Part shown: in pieces, positions 18,452 through 27,165 of the stretch | How the letters are laid out: each line of letters opens with the position of its first letter | Numbering within the stretch: the stretch's first letter is position 1 | Source of the DNA: a virus | Lineage: Duplodnaviria; Heunggongvirae; Uroviricota; Caudoviricetes | Virus record (IMG/VR): IMGVR_UViG_3300013307_000018 | Location: 80,312-144,311 of that record | DNA length: 64,000 bases | Direction: 5' to 3' (one strand) | Made by a program: the position numbers and the translations under genes | The notes under the pieces: model-generated | Seen by the model: the letters and a program-made list of their open reading frames with translations, nothing else | The model's database searches: none | What the model was told of the DNA's origin: nothing

Positions 18452-18574
18452 TTAGGCTCCGAATACAGTAATCAGTTTAATGACCGCGTCACCCAGTAAG
18501 TAGGTGACGAGGCCGATGAGTATTACGACATTAACAGCATCTGAATTTTGACAACGGACGATGCGTGCAGTCAT
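18452..18574 (-). CDS. Small membrane peptide (40 aa)
   Basis: MTARIVRCQNSDAVNVVILIGLVTYLLGDAVIKLITVFGA*; stop 2 nt before the next start. Confidence 0.55.
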   Translation of the reverse strand: MTARIVRCQNSDAVNVVILIGLVTYLLGDAVIKLITVFGA

Positions 18575-18614
18575 GATGGATGGGTGTTTTCCTGGTGGAA
18601 AGAAAGCTTAAAAG

Positions 18615-18734
18615 TTATTTAGCCGCATCATTGTTTTTCATGATGTCAGCAACCGACGTTGCGATGAACACAACGGAGAGCACAATACACGCACTGCTAA
18701 TCGCAGCACTCAGAACCAACCGGGTAGCCGACAT
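18615..18734 (-). CDS. Small membrane peptide (39 aa)
   Basis: MSATRLVLSAAISSACIVLSVVFIATSVADIMKNNDAAK*; TGATG coupling to the upstream gene. Confidence 0.65.
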   Translation of the reverse strand: MSATRLVLSAAISSACIVLSVVFIATSVADIMKNNDAAK

Positions 18735-18877
18735 CAGTCTTCCCCTTTGTCCAGTTCAGCGGCCTGGTCAAACAACTCCATCAGCGTGTGAGCATGGATG
18801 ACCAGGGTGACAACCGCAACACCCAAAACCACATAGTTCAGGGTGTTGCCTTGGTACCAGGGCTTTTTATCAGCCAT
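18734..18877 (-). CDS. Small membrane peptide (47 aa)
   Basis: MADKKPWYQGNTLNYVVLGVAVVTLVIHAHTLMELFDQAAELDKGED*; starts 2 nt after the previous stop. Confidence 0.7.
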   Translation of the reverse strand: MADKKPWYQGNTLNYVVLGVAVVTLVIHAHTLMELFDQAAELDKGED

Positions 18878-18879
18878 GG

Positions 18880-19098
18880 TTACTCGACCGTTTCATCGGT
18901 GGGTTTGTCTGATTTAGGTTCGTCACCCGCTGGCTTGTCGGTGGTTTCAGTGGTTTCAGTGAACGTCTTCACCGTGGTGCTCGTGTTACGGGTGGCGAAG
19001 TACGTGGCGGTACCGGCAATCACAGCACCGGCTACGGTACCCAGGGCGAAGGCTTGTACTTTTTCGTCAGCGATGAAAGTTTTGATTGATTCTAACAT
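18880..19098 (-). CDS. Small single-pass membrane protein (72 aa)
   Basis: AFALGTVAGAVIAGTATYFA hydrophobic helix, acidic Thr/Glu tail; AAGGA RBS. Confidence 0.75.
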   Translation of the reverse strand: MLESIKTFIADEKVQAFALGTVAGAVIAGTATYFATRNTSTTVKTFTETTETTDKPAGDEPKSDKPTDETVE

Positions 19099-19115
19099 GG
19101 GGGTAATTCCTTAAA

Positions 19116-19388
19116 TTAGTGTTGGCTATGATTGCGACGTGAACGATTCACGGCGCTTTTGAAATACGGTGGAACCGGGCGAGTCGAGGTGCTATCGTCA
19201 CCTGACTCCAGTGCCTCTAACACAGACTCACCAGAAACGTCTGTAGTGCCGTCCTGTGAGGTTGTTACCACACTGACTACCTGAGCCTCCATCTCAACGA
19301 TGGTAGGCTCAGGCGTCGTTACAGGCTCGTTTACAGGGGGTTTAACCGGTGGGACTGGGAAGCACGCTTTTGCAATAGCAAGCAGCAT
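19116..19388 (-). CDS. Small Pro/Thr/Glu-rich hypothetical protein
   Basis: AGGAGG RBS; low complexity. Confidence 0.65.
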   Translation of the reverse strand: MLLAIAKACFPVPPVKPPVNEPVTTPEPTIVEMEAQVVSVVTTSQDGTTDVSGESVLEALESGDDSTSTRPVPPYFKSAVNRSRRNHSQH

Positions 19389-19402
19389 GGAACCTCCTGG
19401 GA

Positions 19403-19657
19403 TTACTCGTCAGCGAAAGCGTTGTATACGCCAGATACGATGCTGTATGTGGTGTAGCCCATGACGCCGTAGTACGTGACCGCTGCCGCAGTGCCGGCAA
19501 CGTTTTCTACAGTATCGTTTTCAGCGCCGCAGGCATTGGCAATGGAACCCGCACCCATACCCACAACCCCGCCAGCTAATCCGCCAGCGATAGAACCCAC
19601 AACCAGGGCAGGGATGGTAACAACAGCAGCAGCGATAAGACCAGTAGTGTTTGACAT
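19403..19657 (-). CDS. Glycine-zipper membrane protein (84 aa)
   Basis: MSNTTGLIAAAVVTIPALVVGSIAGGLAGGVVGMGAG (GxxxGxxxG repeats) plus a second helix AGTAAAVTYYGVMGY; GGAG RBS before ATG 19657. Confidence 0.75.
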   Translation of the reverse strand: MSNTTGLIAAAVVTIPALVVGSIAGGLAGGVVGMGAGSIANACGAENDTVENVAGTAAAVTYYGVMGYTTYSIVSGVYNAFADE

Positions 19658-19722
19658 GATTATAGTACTCCGATGGTAAATGACGGTTAGGTAAGAGATA
19701 ATTACTCTCACTATTCAAGACA

Positions 19723-19750
19723 GTGATATGTGTTTATAATGCGTTTATTT
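19723..19750 (-). promoter_or_regulatory. Early-type promoter motif
   Basis: Minus strand AAATAAA-CGCATT-ATAAAC-A-CATATCAC. Confidence 0.7.
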
Positions 19751-20133
19751 CAACTTTTATCAAACTTCAGGGTGGTGAGTTTCACGGTCACACCAAAGCG
19801 ACCCACCAACTGGGCTTGAGTCACCTGGGCTTTGATGGTCGGTGTACAGTAGGGGGTTTTGCGGTCAACTAACTGAGCCATTTTAAGCTCACGGTCAACA
19901 ATGGTATCCAGCAGAACGTAATTAATGTTTTCACGCAGACCATATTGCAAAGCGTGATCCAGACGATAGTTCTTGACAATCGACATCAGGAAGCGTTCTT
20001 CCTTGCGACGTGCGAGTTCTTGCTCAGCGGACTTTGCCTCGACAGACAACTTTTCATTGTGAACATAAGCAGCGATGGCCACGGCTCCCACTGCAACACT
20101 CACACCAATCAGAATTTTAGTTGACGTATCCAT
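19750..20133 (-). CDS. Hypothetical protein with N-terminal membrane anchor
   Basis: KILIGVSVAVGAVAIAAYV then a charged helix; AGGA RBS. Confidence 0.75.
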   Translation of the reverse strand: MDTSTKILIGVSVAVGAVAIAAYVHNEKLSVEAKSAEQELARRKEERFLMSIVKNYRLDHALQYGLRENINYVLLDTIVDRELKMAQLVDRKTPYCTPTIKAQVTQAQLVGRFGVTVKLTTLKFDKS

Positions 20134-20188
20134 AGTTTTTATTTCCTGTTAATTTGTTAGACGGTAAGAGTGTTGCCTGATAGGCCGT

Positions 20189-20416
20189 TTAGTCAGAGGT
20201 AGCAAAGCCGACAAGCATGCCGACTACTGCACCGGTAACCGTGCACGCCGTACGCAGACGACTGTCAGCCGATTCCGTAATCTCAGCAGACGCACCGTCC
20301 ACCTTCATGATGTTCGACATCGCTGCACCGACACCGTAACCGATGAAGGCACCGAGGATACCACCGATAGCCATATCGCCGCCGATTTCATTGTTGGTTG
20401 GAATTGGATTGTACAT
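20189..20416 (-). CDS. Two-helix glycine-zipper membrane protein (75 aa)
   Basis: AIGGILGAFIGYGVGAAM ... TVTGAVVGMLVGFA; GAGGAG RBS. Confidence 0.8.
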   Translation of the reverse strand: MYNPIPTNNEIGGDMAIGGILGAFIGYGVGAAMSNIMKVDGASAEITESADSRLRTACTVTGAVVGMLVGFATSD

Positions 20417-20431
20417 GGTTTTACTCCTCGA

Positions 20432-20767
20432 TTAGACGATAAAGGTTTCGGTGTGCATAGAAGCAATCCCGGTGAGGGTAATGTAATAACGCCCACCGAT
20501 ACGGCCGATTTGGATAACGGGTGCATCAATTGTCCGACCGAACACCGCACGCAGGGTGTTGGTAGCCAACAGGATTTGTTGCTGAACCAACTGCAGCATT
20601 GCCGCTTCTGTAGTCGGGCGGGCGAATGCCGTATCTTTAATGCGCTCCAGCAGGTTGAGTTCATCAACGCACTGCTGATTGCTAAAGCACACGTCGGGCT
20701 GTGGCTGGTAGGGGTTCGCCATCACACAGGTAGAACGAAGGGATTTAAGGGTCATGACGAACTCCAT
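20432..20767 (-). CDS. Hypothetical protein
   Basis: ORF within the small-gene operon; start may be ATG 20755. Confidence 0.65.
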   Translation of the reverse strand: MEFVMTLKSLRSTCVMANPYQPQPDVCFSNQQCVDELNLLERIKDTAFARPTTEAAMLQLVQQQILLATNTLRAVFGRTIDAPVIQIGRIGGRYYITLTGIASMHTETFIV

Positions 20768-20781
20768 TGGATAAAGGGTGA

Positions 20782-20997
20782 TTATTCGTTTTCGTTCAGT
20801 AAGTGCAGGCCGACAGTTGCAACGCCACCTAAGACGCCACCCACACCCACGCAGACTTGTTTGAACACCGCGTCATTGGCTTTCTTCTCAGCACTGTCAC
20901 TGTCGCTTTCGTTGGTTCCTAACCAGGATACCGCGCCGCCGATAGCAGCACCCACAAACACGCCACTGAAGATATCCAAACCGGTTAATTTACTCAT
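20782..20997 (-). CDS. Two-helix glycine-zipper membrane protein (71 aa)
   Basis: IFSGVFVGAAIGGAVSWLG ... VCVGVGGVLGGVATVGLHLL; first gene after promoter 21057-21084. Confidence 0.8.
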   Translation of the reverse strand: MSKLTGLDIFSGVFVGAAIGGAVSWLGTNESDSDSAEKKANDAVFKQVCVGVGGVLGGVATVGLHLLNENE

Positions 20998-21056
20998 GTC
21001 GATTCTCGCTATAAAAGGGGTATGTAACAGAATTATCTCTGCTACTATTCACCACT

Positions 21057-21084
21057 TTAATATACGTTTATAAAAAGTTTATTT
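21057..21084 (-). promoter_or_regulatory. Early-type promoter motif
   Basis: Minus strand AAATAAA-CTTTTT-ATAAAC-G-TATATTAA. Confidence 0.8.
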
Positions 21085-21149
21085 GACGTTTTCACAAAAA
21101 AGAAGGAGACGGAATAAATGGGAGGGTTTTACCCCTCCCATGTTATACG

Positions 21150-21611
21150 TTATTTGCCAAACCACCCACGGACGGTATCCAGTAACCGGGCAGGAAAAGG
21201 ACGGGTATCCTCAACCACCACGATTTTACCGGGTGGAACGTCCAGACCCGCATTAAACTCCGGTGACTGTGCTGCGTGCACGGTCTGGTGAACTTCCATC
21301 CAGTAGAGCAGGCTGTCACGTTCCCACCACAATACCAATGCACCAAAGGCGGTGTATGCGGTAACGGTCAGGGGTTTCGTCCCATCACGAGTCACAGCAA
21401 TATCCACGTTCAGGGCTTTGAGTTGCTTGGCCGCTGCCGGAATCACGGCGGGGCCTTTCTGCGTGTGGTGAATCGCATGCTGCCACAGTCCATCACGGAT
21501 GTCGGCGTACTCGGTGTCGGCTGCCCATTCGGGGTTAGCCATTGTTGCATGCGCGGCGTACGTCGTGGCGGTGCTGTTGTGTTTGGCAATCAACTGCAAT
21601 AACTGTTCCAT
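21150..21611 (-). CDS. Hypothetical protein
   Basis: ORF with RBS, followed by a hairpin at 21120-21141. Confidence 0.7.
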   Translation of the reverse strand: MEQLLQLIAKHNSTATTYAAHATMANPEWAADTEYADIRDGLWQHAIHHTQKGPAVIPAAAKQLKALNVDIAVTRDGTKPLTVTAYTAFGALVLWWERDSLLYWMEVHQTVHAAQSPEFNAGLDVPPGKIVVVEDTRPFPARLLDTVRGWFGK

Positions 21612-21627
21612 ACAAACCCCTTAGGTA

Positions 21628-22071
21628 TTAAAGGCCAGGCAGAATAGGACGCACCAGTCCACCTGCTGTGATTTCACCGTTGTATTGAAATGCCCTTCCA
21701 TTGCGTTGACAGATTTTATCCAACATTCTGACCAACACATACCGGTGACAGAATACATATTTTTCTTGTGTACATGCTGGGCAATAACACATGATGCATA
21801 CACTGGGTTGATTAATCAGGGAAATCCACCGGGCAGTGTTCTCCCGGTAACTCAACGCCATCATCTGTTTGTACACTTGCGTGTAACCTTTATCCGTCAG
21901 GGTGCGTTGTTTGTGTCGCATCACGATATCCCAGCTGGGCGCAAACGCCGGGTCGCCGGTTTTTACCGTGGTGTCAAGCGTAGGGATACCAAGCTCATCT
22001 GCCAGTTTCTTTTTGTAGACCTGGACGGTGTATAACTCAAACGGGGGCGTGCTCTCCTGTAGGTTGCTCAT
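21628..22071 (-). CDS. DUF488-like protein
   Basis: LDTTVKTG..FAPSWDIV..Y...Y..MM..SY...W..L...CIMCYC..FCHR pattern. Confidence 0.65.
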   Translation of the reverse strand: MSNLQESTPPFELYTVQVYKKKLADELGIPTLDTTVKTGDPAFAPSWDIVMRHKQRTLTDKGYTQVYKQMMALSYRENTARWISLINQPSVCIMCYCPACTQEKYVFCHRYVLVRMLDKICQRNGRAFQYNGEITAGGLVRPILPGL

Positions 22072-22615
22072 GACCTACCCCTAACGATTTGCCGGTTTTA
22101 AAGTTCAGATAACGAATAGACGCATCAGACGGCAAGTTGAACCGACTGTGGATAAACCGTGCAATGTGGGCGGTTAACGCCACCGTATCCGGGGCAGGGT
22201 CTTTCTCGTAGTCCCGAATGGCGACCCCGAGTTCCCGCATGGACGCGTGGTTCTCATCACCCGGTACACACAACGCATAGGTCTCTTCTTCATCCCCTGG
22301 GATGGCTTTGACCACACCGCCTTCAGTGATGTAGAGCGTAGGTGCCCGGTACATGGGCTTGTGGGGATTGTCCATGAACATGCCGACCCGCGCATGTTGA
22401 AAGAACTCACCGACTTCCATCGCCCGACCCTGTGCTTCGGTTTCAGACCAGTAGGCCATGGCGGTGTCTAAGTCTGCCCGCTCGCCAAACAGCGCCACGA
22501 GTTTCTCCTCAGCCCCTACCGACATCAACTCCATTGCCCCGCCAAACATCCCTTCACCGTAAGGCGCACATTGCACAATCAACATGTGCTCTTTGTAACC
22601 CACTCCGAAAAACAT
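22037..22615 (-). CDS. Hypothetical protein
   Basis: ATG 22615 has an AGGAG RBS. Confidence 0.7.
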   Translation of the reverse strand: MFFGVGYKEHMLIVQCAPYGEGMFGGAMELMSVGAEEKLVALFGERADLDTAMAYWSETEAQGRAMEVGEFFQHARVGMFMDNPHKPMYRAPTLYITEGGVVKAIPGDEEETYALCVPGDENHASMRELGVAIRDYEKDPAPDTVALTAHIARFIHSRFNLPSDASIRYLNFKTGKSLGVGHEQPTGEHAPV

Positions 22616-22634
22616 AACCTCTCCTGCAAACAAA

Positions 22635-22656
22635 AAGAGAGGCCGAAGCCTCCCTT
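22635..22656 (-). terminator. Intrinsic terminator
   Basis: Minus strand AAGGGAGGC-TTCG-GCCTCTCTT-TTTG. Confidence 0.8.
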
Positions 22657-22661
22657 AAAAA

Positions 22662-23306
22662 TTAGTGTTTGGTTTCAGTACCCACAACCACGTCTGCATC
22701 ACCCATAGAAGGTTCCGGGGTGACGTTGGCTTCTTTGGCTGCCTGTTCCTGCGCCTGTTGGCGACTCACCACTTCGAAGAAGCGGTTGATGACCAGTGCA
22801 ACTTCCGGGTCCCAGCGGGCGAACTTCACATGCAGTGCACGGATAGCCAGCAGACGCAGGTCTTTATCGGCCAGCTGCGTACGGTTAATCAGGGTGCTGC
22901 CTTCACCGGCAGTGAAGCCAAGTGCAGTAGTCCACAGACCGTCGTCGTTCTTGACCGGGGCCGGGATGCCTTGCTGTTGCAGGATGTCCAGGGCTTCATC
23001 ATCACTGGCAATGTTCACCAGCTGGCGCTCGCCCAGGAAGCCTTGTGCGGACAGGTTCCAACACATGACCATGACAGCGAATTCCGTGGAGTTAACATCC
23101 ACTGCGTCCATTGGGCCAAACGCAGGAGTGAGGTCAGGCTCGCCTGCCGGTTCATCAGTGGCCGTGGCAGTGTCAACCGCAGAAGAGTCATCAACCACGT
23201 CGCTTTGTGCGCCTGGGGCCAGTGCGGCTTCTGCATGCACTTCTTCTACACTCAGGGGTGCTACGTCAGAGGCAGGGATATCGTCTTGTTTAATTTCGTC
23301 GGTCAT
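22662..23306 (-). CDS. Hypothetical acidic protein
   Basis: 214 aa; acidic low-complexity ends; flanked by terminators. Confidence 0.75.
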   Translation of the reverse strand: MTDEIKQDDIPASDVAPLSVEEVHAEAALAPGAQSDVVDDSSAVDTATATDEPAGEPDLTPAFGPMDAVDVNSTEFAVMVMCWNLSAQGFLGERQLVNIASDDEALDILQQQGIPAPVKNDDGLWTTALGFTAGEGSTLINRTQLADKDLRLLAIRALHVKFARWDPEVALVINRFFEVVSRQQAQEQAAKEANVTPEPSMGDADVVVGTETKH

Positions 23307-23342
23307 AACGGTTACTCAAAGAAAAAAGTGAATCGAGGGTGA

Positions 23343-23371
23343 GCAATGCCCCGAACACGTCGGGGCATTGC
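23343..23371 (-). terminator. Hairpin/terminator
   Basis: Perfect 12-bp inverted repeat GCAATGCCCCGA/TCGGGGCATTGC after gene 23394-23846. Confidence 0.7.
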
Positions 23372-23393
23372 AGGCACTACAGATCAGGTCGAC

Positions 23394-23846
23394 TTAGTCA
23401 GCCAGGGCAGCGGCCGCTTCTTCAGCGATGGTCGCACGCACCTTTTTCAGGTTGCCTACAGTTGGACCGCCAGACACCAGATAGTTAACTTTCACAGAAC
23501 CGAATTTGGTTGTACGGTTTTCACCTACGCCCACTTCAGCACGGCGCACAGAGCTCAGACGCAGTTTGTCACCGCCAACTTTGATTTTCGCTTCAGTGGT
23601 TTCCAGCTCTTTGTTGGATTTGTAGGCGTCGATAGAACGACGACCGAATGCCAGCGCAGCTGAGTCAACGAAGTTAGAGATAGTGCCCTGAACTTTGGTG
23701 ATGTCGCTCAGTGTTACATCGCTACCCGACTCTTGCAGGAAGGTTTCCAGCAGGTTATCGCCTTTGAAAATACCAGCGTCGCCCAGTTCAAAACCTGATT
23801 CCAGCTTGCCAGACATTGCTTCGGTGTCGAATTTTTCTTTAGCCAT
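23394..23846 (-). CDS. Hypothetical protein, probably conserved in phiKZ-like phages (predicted early, highly expressed)
   Basis: AGGAG RBS, own promoter and terminator, strongly biased codons; AALAFG and LKKVRATIAEEAAAAL motifs. Confidence 0.8.
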   Translation of the reverse strand: MAKEKFDTEAMSGKLESGFELGDAGIFKGDNLLETFLQESGSDVTLSDITKVQGTISNFVDSAALAFGRRSIDAYKSNKELETTEAKIKVGGDKLRLSSVRRAEVGVGENRTTKFGSVKVNYLVSGGPTVGNLKKVRATIAEEAAAALAD

Positions 23847-23955
23847 TTTGTACTACTCCTACAATCGATTGTGTTATGGATTTGAAATTAAAGTGTTACG
23901 TCGCATATTACACGTGTAGCACGTAATTTTTTATTACCTGCGTATATACCTGTCA

Positions 23956-23983
23956 GTAATATAGACGTGTGGATATTTTAAAT
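23956..23983 (-). promoter_or_regulatory. Early-type promoter (variant)
   Basis: Exact TATATTAC core on the minus strand; upstream part TTTAAAAATATCCACACGTC is degenerate. Confidence 0.55.
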
Positions 23984-23992
23984 CATGTTTAC

Positions 23993-24712
23993 TTACGAGG
24001 CCATCTGGGTCGCCGGTTGGTCCAGCTGTCGCGCATGAGCAAACCGAATGGCAATCGGGGAGACATCCATGCGTACGTGGTAGGTAGGGATAGTCTGGCC
24101 GGGGTAGGTTTGTTTGGCCAGTGCCACATCCGACAAGTTCGGGCACGTATGGCGCAGATAGAGCTGCGCACTGCGTTCCTGTACACATACGCCATAGGTC
24201 GGTACGGCATCCGCTTTCAGGCGAGTGAGTTTCTTGGTGAACAGATGCAGACGACGTGCCGCCATCCAGCGCAGTTGACGCACCCACAAATCCGCATCGG
24301 CTGACAGCACCAGGCGATTATGACGACACGCTTCAATCATGCGGTCAGCAATTGCGTAGACCACCATCACGCCCACGTACGGCAGAATATAACGACCCAA
24401 CTTATCGGTCATCGGAGAGACATCAACCTGCACCGCACAGCGTTCGTCTTGTAAGAACACGTAGCGGTAAAGTGCGTAGATATCAGACATGGCGTATTCC
24501 TGCAGCGCTTTATAGCTCCAGGCTTCCGGTTCGGTTTCCAACACTTCCCATAAATGCAGTTCATCAAAATCAGGCAGTACCGCAAAGGCGGGGGCGTGTT
24601 CAATCGGGCCGGTCTCTGACCAGTGACGGATTTCTTTACGCAGTTCAGGTTTCTTCCAAAACCATTTCAGTTCATGGGTAATCAGTTCACGTTTAGTGAT
24701 GGTGGTGTTCAT
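23993..24712 (-). CDS. Hypothetical protein
   Basis: 239-aa ORF with GGAG RBS. Confidence 0.7.
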   Translation of the reverse strand: MNTTITKRELITHELKWFWKKPELRKEIRHWSETGPIEHAPAFAVLPDFDELHLWEVLETEPEAWSYKALQEYAMSDIYALYRYVFLQDERCAVQVDVSPMTDKLGRYILPYVGVMVVYAIADRMIEACRHNRLVLSADADLWVRQLRWMAARRLHLFTKKLTRLKADAVPTYGVCVQERSAQLYLRHTCPNLSDVALAKQTYPGQTIPTYHVRMDVSPIAIRFAHARQLDQPATQMAS

Positions 24713-24742
24713 GGGATGTACTCCGGTTCGAGATAATAAGGA

Positions 24743-25558
24743 TTAACTGCTGGGCGGCGTTTGGGCCTGCTCCCATGCAGCGAGGATTTGGGTTTTATTG
24801 GCGATGCTGCTGGCATCCGCCGCGTGTTGGTTCAGGGCGTAATCCGCCACCATCAGGAGTTCATCACCGCCTTCGGCCACAAACGCATCAAAGCGCTCTT
24901 GTGACACATACAGCTTGGTGCGGTAGCTCGTACCCAGTGTCACCCGGTAGCCTTCTATGACCAGGCTGCTATCTGGTTCAGACAGGTTGAACTTCACCAG
25001 TATCCGGTCGATGGTGTACTGTAGATGGTCTGCCAGGTTGGCCAGGATTTGACCGTTACGCACCAGTGATGAGGCCGGTTGCGCTTTGAGGTCATCTGCC
25101 ATGGAACTCAATAACCACATCACCAGATAGTACTGGCTCAGGGCATAGGGGTTGACGACCAGCGTATCGCCAATGCGCAGCCGCATGAGGCTCTTTCCGC
25201 GCATGGGTCGGTTGTAGGCCACGTTATACAGCGAGTCGCTGAGAAAGTCATCTGGGAGGTCATTCAGGTACACGGAGATATCACGACCCAGTGTGTTGCG
25301 CACGTACTGAATCACCCGACCGCGATGCAGGTCTTCTGGGTTGCTCAGGTCAAACACGATTTCAGGCAGGAAGTCACCAGACTTATCCACACCCGACACA
25401 TCCGCCGACGTAGGGTCAGTGTCCCAGACTTTGACGAACGGCAGGTAGTTTACCGTTAACGATGCACCGCCACCGGTAATGGGGTCGAAGTAGTTGTAAC
25501 CCACAACGGTGTTATCAGTATCAGCCATCAGATTAAATTCCTTAGGAAAGGGAGACAT
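24743..25558 (-). CDS. Hypothetical protein
   Basis: Long ORF; start may be ATG 25528 (MADTD). Confidence 0.75.
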   Translation of the reverse strand: MSPFPKEFNLMADTDNTVVGYNYFDPITGGGASLTVNYLPFVKVWDTDPTSADVSGVDKSGDFLPEIVFDLSNPEDLHRGRVIQYVRNTLGRDISVYLNDLPDDFLSDSLYNVAYNRPMRGKSLMRLRIGDTLVVNPYALSQYYLVMWLLSSMADDLKAQPASSLVRNGQILANLADHLQYTIDRILVKFNLSEPDSSLVIEGYRVTLGTSYRTKLYVSQERFDAFVAEGGDELLMVADYALNQHAADASSIANKTQILAAWEQAQTPPSS

Positions 25559-25575
25559 ACAGTAAGGGGTGGGTG

Positions 25576-26187
25576 TTATTTCTTAAACGGGCAGGTGCAG
25601 ATGTTTATCACGTCATCCGGGTCCACGCTCGGCACTAAGCCCAGTTCGTAGGAACGGGTCTGTCCGTAGAGGGCCATGACCTGATACACGTCAAAGCCAA
25701 TGACGTCGGCGACGCGGTCATCGGGCATCCACGGTGACCAGGGTTCAGTAATCGGGTATTGCGCAAAGCCCAACGTCCCTTCGTTAACCAGCTTAAACAG
25801 GGCATCGTCTTCGGTGTGCAGAACGATCCCGCAGGCGTCATCGCTATAGTGGTTCATCACCGCCTGCAGGTCCCGGACTAACGCTGTACCGTAGCGGAAG
25901 GCAGCCCGGTTCAGTATCTGACCTTTTACGTTACGGTACCTCAGGACGTGCTTACGCATCTCCAGAACAACAGCATAACTGCCTGTGAAATACACACCTG
26001 CCAGATTATTGCGTATATCGCTATTGGCACGGCAATCCAGGTAAGCTTGATTGAGCGCTCCTTCAAGATGGATGGTGTTGTCATTGGATTGGTCAGACTC
26101 TTCACTGTAGGTTACCAGACCGGGAACCAATACGTCTTCATCGTCGAAACCCACAAAGAGCTCGACGCGTGCGGTGGCCACTAACAT
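25576..26187 (-). CDS. Hypothetical protein (predicted early)
   Basis: GGAG RBS; first gene after promoter 26250-26277. Confidence 0.75.
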   Translation of the reverse strand: MLVATARVELFVGFDDEDVLVPGLVTYSEESDQSNDNTIHLEGALNQAYLDCRANSDIRNNLAGVYFTGSYAVVLEMRKHVLRYRNVKGQILNRAAFRYGTALVRDLQAVMNHYSDDACGIVLHTEDDALFKLVNEGTLGFAQYPITEPWSPWMPDDRVADVIGFDVYQVMALYGQTRSYELGLVPSVDPDDVINICTCPFKK

Positions 26188-26249
26188 TGTAATACTCCAG
26201 TATATGCGAAGACAAATAAAAACTCTATATGCCGCTAGGCATCACCTCA

Positions 26250-26277
26250 GTAATATACGTTTATGAAATCTTTATTT
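26250..26277 (-). promoter_or_regulatory. Early-type promoter motif
   Basis: Minus strand AAATAAA-GATTTC-ATAAAC-G-TATATTAC; core identical to the TATATTAC early motif reported for phiKZ. Confidence 0.85.
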
Positions 26278-26319
26278 ACGCTAACGGAATAAATGGAGAG
26301 GTTCCCCTCCCCACTTAGA

Positions 26320-27138
26320 TTACCAACGGGTGCTGCCCGGTGCCCGGTGCTCAGCGGCTTTCACCGAATGGGCATGGTGGGTCAGCAGCTGCTTGAGACT
26401 GCAACCTTCTGCGGACTCCATGCTCACCGTGGTCGGGTTAGCGTCCTGACGGGCGATGTAGTCCTGCAATGCAGAAACCGGCACAGACATGTCAGCCACC
26501 GTATCGGCACCGGCGTAACTCATGCCAGCATCAATGGACTCCAGTGACGGGAAGCTGAACTTGTTTGCTGCAGCAATACCCGGTTCGTTCACGTAGTCCC
26601 AGGTAATCACTTCCTTGATGTTTTTCTCATAGCGTCCGCGCACCATGACATCGTGCGTGACAGCACGAATCGAGAAACACACGTTTTCGTGTGGGTTCTC
26701 CAGTTGTTTCTCCAGTGCCAAGCCATACGGCGTGGCAGCAGGGCGGATTTTGCCCATGATGGCAATCACCACACGCCCACTTGGGTCTTTGACTTTCTGG
26801 GTATCCAGCCACACGTCTTTGATGTGACAACAGACCATGTGCTCCCAGATTTGGGTCAGGCGGTTAGCGTACTCAGGCATTGACATGCCAGGGTCACGTT
26901 TAGGGTGGCCGTATTCACAACGCAATGCTGCACGACGCACACGACGCACAAAGGAACTCGATTCCTGGAACAGCTCTTTCACGCCCGTTGACGGATAGAA
27001 CTGTCCGGAGAAGTTATAGACATCCAGTGCGCCGAGTACCACTTCGTAATAACCATCCGCATCCCGCTTCAGGTTACCGACTTTGTTTGTACCCACCAAC
27101 GCCGTACAGTTAAAATTGATGCGGTCAGACTGAGACAT
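26320..27138 (-). CDS. Prohead (head maturation) serine protease, phiKZ gp175/SPN3US gp245 type
   Basis: GYYEVVLGAL, catalytic CEYGHPK and CFSIR, TWDYVNEPGI; C-terminal self-cleavage-type sites SLES/SMES; GAGGAG RBS before ATG 27138. Confidence 0.92.
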   Translation of the reverse strand: MSQSDRINFNCTALVGTNKVGNLKRDADGYYEVVLGALDVYNFSGQFYPSTGVKELFQESSSFVRRVRRAALRCEYGHPKRDPGMSMPEYANRLTQIWEHMVCCHIKDVWLDTQKVKDPSGRVVIAIMGKIRPAATPYGLALEKQLENPHENVCFSIRAVTHDVMVRGRYEKNIKEVITWDYVNEPGIAAANKFSFPSLESIDAGMSYAGADTVADMSVPVSALQDYIARQDANPTTVSMESAEGCSLKQLLTHHAHSVKAAEHRAPGSTRW

Positions 27139-27165
27139 GACAGACTCCTCAAAAAACAAAACGCC

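Noticed and set aside
22665-23342. Two long + strand ORFs (225 and 220 aa) opposite gene 22662-23306
   Set aside because: Antisense shadows of a codon-biased Ala/Asp-rich gene; no RBS or protein-like signal
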